Shown here in pieces: positions 28,493 through 36,665 of a stretch of 54,086 nt of DNA. The notes under the pieces are model-generated. The model saw only the letters and a program-made list of their open reading frames with translations. It searched no databases and was not told where the DNA came from. The stretch comes from Syntrophomonas sp. (GTDB taxonomy: Bacteria; Bacillota; Syntrophomonadia; Syntrophomonadales; Syntrophomonadaceae): contig JBDKUD010000215.1 in NCBI GenBank assembly GCA_039679805.1, forward strand, positions 1 to 54,086, read 5' to 3'. Every line of letters starts with the position of its first letter. Within the stretch, counting starts at the first letter, position 1. Both the position numbers and the translations under genes were made by a program.

Positions 28493-30391
28493 TTATTTAA
28501 CACGTTTTTTTAACCTTAAAAATATACTGTATCCCGCCATGACTGTGGCAGCTGCAGCAAGCAGTGCCGCTATCAGTACAATGTAGATCGGGCTCCCCGC
28601 GCTTCTCTTTACCTTATCGAGGGGAATAGAAATGGGTGCAAGTGTTTCCTGTTTAACTCTGGGGGCAGCAGCCTTCGTATCCTCGACGACATCTTTCGGT
28701 CCCTTCGTTTCATCTAATTCTTCACGATTGGCGTCAGGCTTTTCATTTACATCCGTATTTGTTTCCTCCACTGTCGCTTTGTTTTCAGTATTTTTGGGCG
28801 GCTGCAGTCTAGTACCGGAAGCGGCTTCGATAAACATTCCGGTTCGGTTTACGGAAAATATCTTATAGCCTTCCGCTTCCGCCGATATGATTTGAGAGGT
28901 CGTGAGGTCATCGCTCACTGTATAAACATGTGATGTTCCAGATTTAGCGCCGCCTATTATGGGGATTTGAAGTTCTATCTTTCCTGTCGGCTGTACTATA
29001 AGGTCATGGTTGTATAGCTTTATATCGTATATGGCAATTTTGGTATCCTGCCCGAAAGCTCTTTGCAGCTTTCTATATGCATCATCGGTGTCGGACAAGG
29101 TCTTGACATACATAACGACGTCATCTGGCACAGCACCCCTTGGAATGACTGCCTTGACTCCACTCGCGCGGTCAAACAAAATGATACTATCCTCACGGAC
29201 TTTGGACGCATACACCCGGTCCATGGCTTCTTGTAAATTATTGAATGCTTCGTTTATTACACTCTGACCGTCTTTTTCATTTAAGGCAGATGCTGAATCT
29301 ATTGATTCTTTTAACGCAAGAGTCTCTGTTTTGCCGTATTGCCCCATATCTGTACCAATGTTAGCGGCAGCAGTTTGATACAGGTCCTTTGCTTCATTAA
29401 GCAAGGCGTGGAGTTTGTTTAAATTAACGGCGGATGATTCAGGGTTCTGTGCTTTTTTAAGAGCAATCTTAAGCTCCAGAAGCATGAGCTGCATATTTTC
29501 CTCTGCGGCGGGTTGCAGCTGTTTTTTTATTGAAGTTTGCGCTTCTTTTTCCAGCGACTGCATGGTGAGTTGCAGCTCATTTATGTTTTCATTATTATAT
29601 TTGCCGTTGCTGATATCCTTGGGAGTAATGCTGTTAATAAACTGCTGCGCCTCCTGCTTGCCATTCTCCCAGGTGGTTAGGTCGGAGTATGTCTGCACTG
29701 AAAAGCGCATGGGTACGAGGTGAAAATCATACTTGTAGTCACCTGTTTGGGGATCTTTTAATACCCAGTAACTGGACATAAACTGGTATTCGAAATACTT
29801 ATCATGCTCGTATTTCACTTTCTCCTCCGCTGTTTCGGGATTTTGTATATAGCCCTTGCCATCTTGGGAAAAAACGAGGGTTATTCCGTTTTTAGCCTGC
29901 AATCCGCGTTGGAAGGCAAATTCATAATAACATCCCGGTTCAAATTCAAATCCATTGATAGGAATAGACCAATCTGCGCCGCTGCCCATATCGGTCTCCA
30001 CATTTAATCGTCCCGGGCTCCCTGCGTAGGAGGAAAAGTTAGGGATCGGTTTGCCGTTTTTATACGCTGTTAAGTATTTATAGATTTGTGGAGTGCGGTC
30101 GGTAAAAGCATACAAGGTATATTTTGAACCGTCTATTTTTTTCGCGTCGATATAGCTTAGACCGTTTTGAACACCTGAGTAAGTCACTGTTCCGGTACTG
30201 TTATCGAACCGACTGTTCAGCCAATATTTTCCCGTGTCGGTTACGATGACATAACCTCTTGGAGTGAATGGGTTTTTGCCCGTGCCTGACGTGCCGTATT
30301 CCCATGTTACCGCAAAGGTTGCTGCGTTTAGTATAAATGTAAGTATTATGGTAAGTGTCACCGTGCCAATTAACTTTTTGAGCTTTCTCAT
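28493..30391 (-). CDS. Membrane-anchored surface protein (N-terminal signal/TM, Big_5-like module, FIVAR-like helical repeats, C-terminal TM anchor)
   Basis: Strong RBS AAGGAGG. 632 aa with hydrophobic N-terminus LTIILTFILNAATFA and C-terminal IYIVLIAALLAAAATVMAGYSIFLRLKKRVK. Helical motifs LNKLHALLNEAKDLY and NEAFNNLQEAMDRV. Confidence 0.8.
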   Translation of the reverse strand: MRKLKKLIGTVTLTIILTFILNAATFAVTWEYGTSGTGKNPFTPRGYVIVTDTGKYWLNSRFDNSTGTVTYSGVQNGLSYIDAKKIDGSKYTLYAFTDRTPQIYKYLTAYKNGKPIPNFSSYAGSPGRLNVETDMGSGADWSIPINGFEFEPGCYYEFAFQRGLQAKNGITLVFSQDGKGYIQNPETAEEKVKYEHDKYFEYQFMSSYWVLKDPQTGDYKYDFHLVPMRFSVQTYSDLTTWENGKQEAQQFINSITPKDISNGKYNNENINELQLTMQSLEKEAQTSIKKQLQPAAEENMQLMLLELKIALKKAQNPESSAVNLNKLHALLNEAKDLYQTAAANIGTDMGQYGKTETLALKESIDSASALNEKDGQSVINEAFNNLQEAMDRVYASKVREDSIILFDRASGVKAVIPRGAVPDDVVMYVKTLSDTDDAYRKLQRAFGQDTKIAIYDIKLYNHDLIVQPTGKIELQIPIIGGAKSGTSHVYTVSDDLTTSQIISAEAEGYKIFSVNRTGMFIEAASGTRLQPPKNTENKATVEETNTDVNEKPDANREELDETKGPKDVVEDTKAAAPRVKQETLAPISIPLDKVKRSAGSPIYIVLIAALLAAAATVMAGYSIFLRLKKRVK

Positions 30392-30451
30392 TTTGTACCT
30401 CCTTCAAGCGAGATACAAGGTGCAGCACGTCTGCATACAGAACTCGCTTCA

Positions 30452-30481
30452 TTGACGAAAATAACCAAGGTATGCTAAGCT
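30452..30481 (+). promoter_or_regulatory. Candidate sigma-A promoter for the 30529 gene
   Basis: TTGACG (-35), an 18-nt spacer, then an extended -10 TGcTAAGCT. Confidence 0.35.
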
Positions 30482-30528
30482 GAAAAAATCATAAAGAATC
30501 TTATAAAAGGAGCTGATATATTTATATC

Positions 30529-31269
30529 ATGAGCTTTAGTAAGAAAAAGTGTATTTGTTTTGTCTTAATCCTTCTTTTTTCAATCATTTTCGCTCCCTTA
30601 TCCCGTGCAGCGTCCAGCTCAGTCGCTCCAGGCAATGGCGACGGCCAGGGACAAAACGCAGATATAGCCCTGACCCTTGTTTCTTCCTCTGTGGCGGACG
30701 GCGCTACGAATGTACCGGTCAATCCTGTAATCCAGCTTAATTTCAATAAAAACGTTGTAAATATCGCGGTGATGGAAAACAATTCAAAATGCTTCCACCT
30801 TACCGATGAAAATGGTGCTCCAGTTCCGATAAGAATAATTTTCCCCGATGATCAAACGCAAAGCGAATTCAAACGTAATGTGTTCATAATTCCCCAGGAA
30901 AAACTGAAAATAAATTCAAAATACGAACTGGCAGTGGACAGTAAACTGTGCGCCAAGAATAACACCAACATAGACAGTGCCCATGTCATTACTTTTGAAG
31001 CTGGTGCTGCAGCGGCGGGCGAGCAGAATAAAGCCCTGCTTAAACTGGGTAATGACATTACAGTCTACAATACCGCTCTTAAAAAGACGGAATATTCTGT
31101 GCCGCACAAAAAAGAAGTACAAAATATTGACAAAACGCGTCAACCTGCTGAGAATAAAGTGCTGGATATTGATAAGTTGTCCTCAATACTCCTTTTCGTA
31201 ATAGCAGCGGTTTTTGTCTGTTCCAGCCTGTTTTTTATCCTTCAAAAGAGGAAAGGCAAGAATCAATAA
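30529..31269 (+). CDS. Small secreted Big_5 (SbsA-Ig-like) domain protein with C-terminal TM anchor
   Basis: Signal peptide, then GNGDGQGQ, then SSSVADGATNVPVNPVIQLNFNKNVV, and a C-terminal helix LSSILLFVIAAVFVCSSLFFIL. Paralogue of 46365-47138. Confidence 0.8.
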   Translation: MSFSKKKCICFVLILLFSIIFAPLSRAASSSVAPGNGDGQGQNADIALTLVSSSVADGATNVPVNPVIQLNFNKNVVNIAVMENNSKCFHLTDENGAPVPIRIIFPDDQTQSEFKRNVFIIPQEKLKINSKYELAVDSKLCAKNNTNIDSAHVITFEAGAAAAGEQNKALLKLGNDITVYNTALKKTEYSVPHKKEVQNIDKTRQPAENKVLDIDKLSSILLFVIAAVFVCSSLFFILQKRKGKNQ

Positions 31270-33662
31270 GCAGAATAACGCAGACACAAGAAAGTCATTA
31301 TCGCCTTTTTATAAATATTTTTCCCTTTATATATCTCTTCTGCAAGAAAATGCAGATAGCTGCTCATGCAAGCAAGCTCATCTTTTTCTATGCCGCGGTT
31401 TTCTGCGGCATAGCGTGCCCTATAGATATAACCCAGAACGCTTTCAATGGATAAACCGGGCGGATGCGGATATTTTTCATTTGCTTGCTTTAAAACGTTA
31501 TACGCAGTCAGGCCGTCTGTTTTTACACCGTCGAAGCGCAGCAGCCTAATCATACAGTAGTATATGTATAGTGCGGCTTTGCGTGAGTCTTGCTGAGTCA
31601 AGGCACGGTGTAATTTATTTTTATACCGTGCTCGCAACAGCAGGATAGCAACCACTAAGAAAATTAGTACCAGAGGGATCAGCAGCCATTTCTGATCAAA
31701 CCTGTTGGGATATTCCTGGGGCGGGGTTATAATATCATCTTTTACGGCTTTTTTATCCCTTAAGAATAAATATTTGGGGTTGTCGATCAGGATATCCTTT
31801 ACGCCGTTATTATTATCCTGGCTTTTGGTAAGAGTATAAAAGCCAGGCGTCACTTCAACAGGTGTCCAACCTATACCGTCCGTGTAAATCTCCACCCATG
31901 CATGTGCTTTTGAGTCGGGTATGTCCAAGGTAGTTGATCTCATATTAGTATAGATGTTGGTGTCCTTAGCCGATAGGTAGTAGCCCTCGACATATCGCGC
32001 AGGTATGCCGGCCTCACGCAGGAGCAGGGTGGCCAGGGTGGCGAAATGAATATCATAACCTTCTTTATCACTTAAGAAGCTCTCAATGACATTATCACCT
32101 GCCGGTATGGGGAGCACATCCAACGAGTAGGAAAAGCTCTCTGCAAAGTACTTGCGTATCATGTTGACCACCACACGGCGGTCGCTTTTTTTCATAGTGC
32201 CCAGAGCATCTCCTGAAAAATAATCCCTGAGCAGTTTATCATCTTGGGACGGGATTTGCAGATATCTATTGTAAACGAAATTACGGTATACCTTTTCTAA
32301 TTTAAGAAATTTTGAATATTGGGAAGTAGTTTTTATATTGTCAGACAACAGTGCCAATGTGTCAGCGCTGCCGTAGTCTTCGACAGGGGGCAGGCAGATG
32401 TTGTAAGAATATTGCCTGGTTCCCAGAAATCCGGGGCACAGTATGGCATCGTCTTTTTGAAAATGGGAGCTTTCATTTTTTAAGGCCGGGTCAGGGATTG
32501 CTTCATAAGGTGCATATATATACTTGCTGCTCAGTGCGATATTATCTATGGTAATTCTGCCCTTTTGCGCTCCATCTAATAGTGCTAAATATGTTCCCAG
32601 CTGTATTTGCGGATAAAACTTATTATAATGCAGCCACATGAATATCCCGGTATAATCACCCGCATAGGCTTGAGGTGAAAGGCCGCTCCATTTTCCATCA
32701 TTATATATGCTGCCGGTAAAGCTGCGCAGGTACAGAGGGCGCGGCTTTTCCATCGTTACCCGTAGGACGGTGTTTTCGGTATAATTGGCAGAACCTGCAT
32801 TTTTCAGGTTGCCAAAGGGAAGAGAGTATATTGTATCGCTGTTTCCGTTTTCATAACGCAAAGCATTGGCGGAGGATGTGATATCTGCTTTTAACTGTTC
32901 TGTTTTGAAGGAAGGCACATAGCGGTTCGCCGGGAATAGCAAAATCAGTACGAGAAAACAAAGCAACACTACAGAAGTGGATAAAACAATTGCTGTAATA
33001 CCAGGAATTTGCCAGTTCTGCTGGCGCACCGGGGAGCGGCCCTCAGTGCCTACTCCACAGGATACAAAAAGGCATACGCAGCCAAGGACGAGCAGAAGGA
33101 AAGGCAGCGGTTGCGGCTCGAAGCGGAGAGCAATGCCCAAAAGGGGCACCAAAGCTATAAAAACTACGGTACAGATGGCATGGCGTTTCATTACACCAAA
33201 TACGATGACAGCTGCCGATATGATAATCATTGGAGTTAGTGCCATGGTTACATGTAGTGCCGCATTCATTCCCGATGTTATAAAGGGGATGATTGAAAAT
33301 CCGAGCTGGTTCAGATGTTCTATGATACCGTTGGCAATAAGCAGATATCCGTCCCATACCGCACTATATTTTAAAACATATAACGCGGCGGCAGGCAAAA
33401 GGAGATAGATGAACACGATATGTGCGTTCATTTTTCTGAATAACAGCTGTAAAATGGCGGGGGAAAGCAGGATGACGGGAAAAAGTATTCCGCCGGAATA
33501 TACAATGTCAACCATGGATAGCAAGGAAAACCAGCTTCCGGTGCAAAGGACGATACACAATAATAACTCACCAATAAGCATCATGTTCATGCCTAAATTG
33601 TCTATATCTGGTTTTTGCGTTGTTATCTTCATACAGGAGGTGTTTCTGCTTTTTTCTATCAT
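31263..33662 (-). CDS. Polytopic transglutaminase-like (TgpA-type) protein with a non-canonical active site
   Basis: 799 aa with multiple N-terminal TM helices. Core reads GYDIHFATLATLLLREAGIPARYVEGY...HAWVEIY..GWTPVEVTP, where the position of the canonical GxCxHFA cysteine is Asp. Confidence 0.8.
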   Translation of the reverse strand: MIEKSRNTSCMKITTQKPDIDNLGMNMMLIGELLLCIVLCTGSWFSLLSMVDIVYSGGILFPVILLSPAILQLLFRKMNAHIVFIYLLLPAAALYVLKYSAVWDGYLLIANGIIEHLNQLGFSIIPFITSGMNAALHVTMALTPMIIISAAVIVFGVMKRHAICTVVFIALVPLLGIALRFEPQPLPFLLLVLGCVCLFVSCGVGTEGRSPVRQQNWQIPGITAIVLSTSVVLLCFLVLILLFPANRYVPSFKTEQLKADITSSANALRYENGNSDTIYSLPFGNLKNAGSANYTENTVLRVTMEKPRPLYLRSFTGSIYNDGKWSGLSPQAYAGDYTGIFMWLHYNKFYPQIQLGTYLALLDGAQKGRITIDNIALSSKYIYAPYEAIPDPALKNESSHFQKDDAILCPGFLGTRQYSYNICLPPVEDYGSADTLALLSDNIKTTSQYSKFLKLEKVYRNFVYNRYLQIPSQDDKLLRDYFSGDALGTMKKSDRRVVVNMIRKYFAESFSYSLDVLPIPAGDNVIESFLSDKEGYDIHFATLATLLLREAGIPARYVEGYYLSAKDTNIYTNMRSTTLDIPDSKAHAWVEIYTDGIGWTPVEVTPGFYTLTKSQDNNNGVKDILIDNPKYLFLRDKKAVKDDIITPPQEYPNRFDQKWLLIPLVLIFLVVAILLLRARYKNKLHRALTQQDSRKAALYIYYCMIRLLRFDGVKTDGLTAYNVLKQANEKYPHPPGLSIESVLGYIYRARYAAENRGIEKDELACMSSYLHFLAEEIYKGKNIYKKAIMTFLCLRYSAY

Positions 33663-33686
33663 ATTTAAGTCACTCTCTATATTCTA

Positions 33687-34847
33687 TTATATATTTACTA
33701 TTAATTGGCCAAAACTATCGGCAGCAACAGGGACAAAGCCATTATCGGCGTTGATAGTATCTTCCATGGCGCAGTTTTCATTGGCTACAACGAGGATGGT
33801 TCTGATAGCTTCACCGGGTAGCACGTCTGAAATGCCGGCGGTATTCCGGCATGCTGTAACATAGTATATGACCATACGGCGGCAGGCAAAGCTGCTGTTT
33901 GCATAACAGTCGAGAGCCACCAAAGGTTTCGCGTAACCTTTGGCAGAAAGTAAAACAGGGATAAATGTATCCAGTTCCTCAACGGAGGATATCTGTTCCA
34001 TGTGTAAATAACCATCGTCGTACCATGCTATATTATGACTGATTCCCAGCCGCAAAAAAGACAGCGACAGGGAGATAAATACCTCCAGGCAGCAGGAAAG
34101 CAACTTTTCATCCTCTTCAGCTCCAATGCTCTGCGTTTCTAACAACAGTACCACGGGGTAATCAAGTGGCAGTCCAAGATCACGCACTATAAGGTTGTCA
34201 GTTTTGGCTGACAGCTTCCAGTGTACCTTCCTTAAATCATCTCCCTGGGCATATTCGTGAAGTGCAAAGATCTCGGTTTTATCGGAACCGGATTTATACT
34301 GGGAATATATGTTTCCCTCTTCAGACGCAACACGATTGACCATATTTATATTGAATTCCGCAAGGCGCGGATAGACCAGACAGCATTTTTCCCTGGGAGC
34401 AGCTACGTTCAGGCAGAACAGCCCGAATAGGTCGTAGACCTTGACCTGACGGGTAGAGACAATGAGCTTTCCCGCACACAGGTTGGCAAGGGAAAGAGAA
34501 ATTTCCCCCGAAGAACGCCCTCTAACAGATGTGAAAACTTTCATAGACGTTTCTTTACCCAATAGCTGGGTTTTGATGGAGACCTCCCACTCGATTTTCA
34601 GGGCGGGAAAGGGGGAGCTATTTCTGACGTTATAGTTAATACTTTTTTTACCTTCCGGCATTATCAGCGCGGGGGCACTTAGCTCAAGACTAATATACCG
34701 TGCGGTATAAAGAAGCAGCATAAAGGAAACACATGGTGCTGTAACCGAAAACAGCAGCAGCAGCAAAGCAAGATGGCTGTTCGACATTATGTATACGAGT
34801 GCGATTATGGCAAGGAGAATGAAATACCCTATGCGTTCCTTTAGCAT
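33687..34847 (-). CDS. DUF58 domain protein
   Basis: DDLRKVHWKLSAKTDNLIVRD matches the DUF58 signature (D.R.I.WK.tAr...L.vr.). It has N-terminal TM helices and lies between MoxR and the transglutaminase-like gene. Confidence 0.8.
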   Translation of the reverse strand: MLKERIGYFILLAIIALVYIMSNSHLALLLLLFSVTAPCVSFMLLLYTARYISLELSAPALIMPEGKKSINYNVRNSSPFPALKIEWEVSIKTQLLGKETSMKVFTSVRGRSSGEISLSLANLCAGKLIVSTRQVKVYDLFGLFCLNVAAPREKCCLVYPRLAEFNINMVNRVASEEGNIYSQYKSGSDKTEIFALHEYAQGDDLRKVHWKLSAKTDNLIVRDLGLPLDYPVVLLLETQSIGAEEDEKLLSCCLEVFISLSLSFLRLGISHNIAWYDDGYLHMEQISSVEELDTFIPVLLSAKGYAKPLVALDCYANSSFACRRMVIYYVTACRNTAGISDVLPGEAIRTILVVANENCAMEDTINADNGFVPVAADSFGQLIVNI

Positions 34848-34862
34848 ATCAACCTCCAGTGT

Positions 34863-35795
34863 CTAAAGAATAGACGGAGCGGGCACTTCGGCTAGAACTG
34901 TATCAAGCATCGATTGTGCCGTTTCCTTCATTATTTTAGCCTGCGGCTTCAGCACAAGACGATGACAGCATACATCTGTAAAAACTTCTTTTATATCTTC
35001 GGGAATGACAAAATCTCTGCCATTTAAGAATGCACACGCCTTTGCCATCTGTATCAGGGCAAGTACTGCACGGGGGCTGACTCCCTGTTCAATAAGGGGA
35101 ATGTTCCTCGTAGCTTCGCACAGAGTCACTGCGTAGCGTATCACATCGTCGGCCACAAAAACGGTTTGTATCTGTGAGCGAAGGGCAAGCAGTTCTTCTT
35201 TTGAAACTGCAGGTTGGATGTTGTTTAAAGGGTTTTCCGTTTGACGGCTTTTTATTATGTCTATCTGGCTTTCCAGGGCAGGGTAGCCCATGGACAGACG
35301 CACCATGAACCGATCAAGCTGAGAATTGGGCAGGTTTTGAGTTCCTATACTTCCCGTGGGGTTCTGTGTAGCTATACAAATAAATGGATCGGGAAGAGGG
35401 CGGGTAACACCGTCCACCGTTGCGGATCCTTCCTCTAAAACCTCTAAAAGAGCAGCTTGTGTTTTGGGGGAGGTGCGGTTTATCTCATCAGCGAGTAACA
35501 TATTGCAGAATACTGCGCCGGGAAGGTATTCAAATTTGCCGCTTGGCTTGTTGTACACGCTGTAACCGACGATGTCACTTGCCATAGTATCAGGAGTGAA
35601 CTGAATGCGGCGGCAGTCTAATCCCATGCTCTTTGAAAAAGCCAGGGCGAGGGTGGTCTTGCCCACGCCGGGAACATCCTCGAGCAGGATATGCCCGCCA
35701 GCAAGGACAACCATAAGCACCTTTTTAATGATAACATCTTTACCAACTATGGCCTTTTTAACTTCGGATATGATCTGATTGGCTTGTGTAAGCAT
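34863..35795 (-). CDS. MoxR-family AAA+ ATPase
   Basis: Walker A EDVPGVGKT and Walker B LLADEINR. I chose the ATG at 35795 (RBS GGAGAGGG 8 nt upstream) over the ORF-track start at 35849. Confidence 0.85.
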   Translation of the reverse strand: MLTQANQIISEVKKAIVGKDVIIKKVLMVVLAGGHILLEDVPGVGKTTLALAFSKSMGLDCRRIQFTPDTMASDIVGYSVYNKPSGKFEYLPGAVFCNMLLADEINRTSPKTQAALLEVLEEGSATVDGVTRPLPDPFICIATQNPTGSIGTQNLPNSQLDRFMVRLSMGYPALESQIDIIKSRQTENPLNNIQPAVSKEELLALRSQIQTVFVADDVIRYAVTLCEATRNIPLIEQGVSPRAVLALIQMAKACAFLNGRDFVIPEDIKEVFTDVCCHRLVLKPQAKIMKETAQSMLDTVLAEVPAPSIL

Positions 35796-35875
35796 AAAAC
35801 AAAACCCTCTCCGCTTTCTACAAAATATTTTCAAAGCGCTGCATAGCAATATGTTAACGTACTACAAAACAGCAT

Positions 35876-35906
35876 TGAAAAAGCCGGATGCGAAAACTCA
35901 TCCGGC
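35876..35906 (-). terminator. Intrinsic terminator in the moxR leader (expression platform of copy B)
   Basis: Minus strand reads GCCGGATG-AGTTTTCG-CATCCGGC followed by TTTTTC, about 80 nt upstream of the moxR start. Confidence 0.7.
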
Positions 35907-35930
35907 TTATAACTTTAGCAGCCAAATAAT

Positions 35931-36017
35931 TATCCTTTCCGCCATGGGAGGCATGGCCGTTTCCAGCCAAACCCTGTTCTCTCGCCATAGTCGTGATGAC
36001 CTCAGGCAAGGAGAATC
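35931..36017 (-). promoter_or_regulatory. Moco/Wco-type riboswitch-like aptamer, copy B (divergent variant)
   Basis: Minus strand reads GATTCTCCTTGCC...AGGGT-TTGGCT-GGAAAC-GGCCAT-GCCTCCC-ATGGC-GGAAAGGA. The 5' CCGAG block is replaced by CCTTG. Confidence 0.5.
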
Positions 36018-36212
36018 GGATAGATATTAAATTTAAACAATATTAAAACTTTCCTATATTTTATTACAGTTTAATTTATATCAGTTTTTAGCTAAAAGTC
36101 AAGATAAGTAATTTTTTGTTGTTTATTGTTTATTAATAGTATATAAATAGGAGGAGGAGAATAAATCCTTTCATTGAAGAATATAACTATATATTTTTAT
36201 TATTTTGGAGTG

Positions 36213-36297
36213 TATTTCCGAGTCTTTTGTCCTGTTGCTATGAAAGACCAAAGGGTGTCTTCGGAAACGGACGCGCCTCCCATGGCGGAAAGGAAAA
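36213..36297 (+). promoter_or_regulatory. Moco/Wco-type riboswitch aptamer, copy C (first of a tandem pair)
   Basis: TATTTCCGAGTC...AGGGT-GTCTTC-GGAAAC-GGACGC-GCCTCCC-ATGGC-GGAAAGGAAA. P1 is TTTCC/GGAAA. It is followed by hairpin CTTTTCA/TGAAAAG (36317-36338) with no T-tract. Confidence 0.6.
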
Positions 36298-36379
36298 CGG
36301 AATATATTAATAGAAGCTTTTCAGAAAGGGGTGAAAAGTGCCATTCCCTAAATAAGTCAATTTTATAAGCTGTGAGCAG

Positions 36380-36477
36380 AATTTCCGAGTCTTTTGTCCT
36401 GCGGCATTCTTGGCTATGGCGAAAGATCAAAGGGTGTATTTGGAAACGAGTACGCCTCCCATTATGGAAAGGAGAAA
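36380..36477 (+). promoter_or_regulatory. Moco/Wco-type riboswitch aptamer, copy D (second of a tandem pair)
   Basis: AATTTCCGAGTC...AGGGT-GTATTT-GGAAAC-GAGTAC-GCCTCCC-ATTAT-GGAAAGGAGA. Confidence 0.65.
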
Positions 36478-36493
36478 ACTGAATTTAGAAATT

Positions 36494-36537
36494 GAAGCTT
36501 TTTCCATTCTTTATTGGGAAAAGCTTTTATTATTTTT
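36494..36537 (+). terminator. Intrinsic terminator (expression platform of copy D)
   Basis: GAAGCTTTTTCC / GGGAAAAGCTT stem followed by TTATTATTTTT. Confidence 0.7.
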
Positions 36538-36665
36538 AGAAAGAGGTGAGAAGTACTAAACAATAAGTTTGTAAGATTAAACTAGTCGAATGAGACAAAA
36601 TTTAGTGGACTCATTACCTAATCCCCAATCAAAGAATTATAGCAGGGTAGAAGGAGAGTTGAAAA

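Noticed and set aside
31214-31549. A plus-strand 111-aa ORF overlapping the end of the 30529 gene and the 3' end of the transglutaminase-like gene.
   Set aside because: It is antisense to a supported gene, Arg/Ser-rich and featureless, and has no RBS.
32977-33864. Plus-strand ORFs 32977-33408 (143 aa), 33009-33239 and 33409-33864 (151 aa).
   Set aside because: They are antisense shadows of the transglutaminase-like and DUF58 genes, with no start context and no recognisable domains.
36174-36430. ORFs 36174-36368 (+, 64 aa) and 36200-36430 (-, 76 aa), the first preceded by a strong AGGAGGAGGAG stretch at 36149-36159.
   Set aside because: - Both lie entirely across riboswitch-like copies C and D.
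- The SD-to-TTG spacing is about 14 nt.
- The peptides are low-complexity (FYYFGVYFRVF).
- The conserved-RNA interpretation explains the region better.
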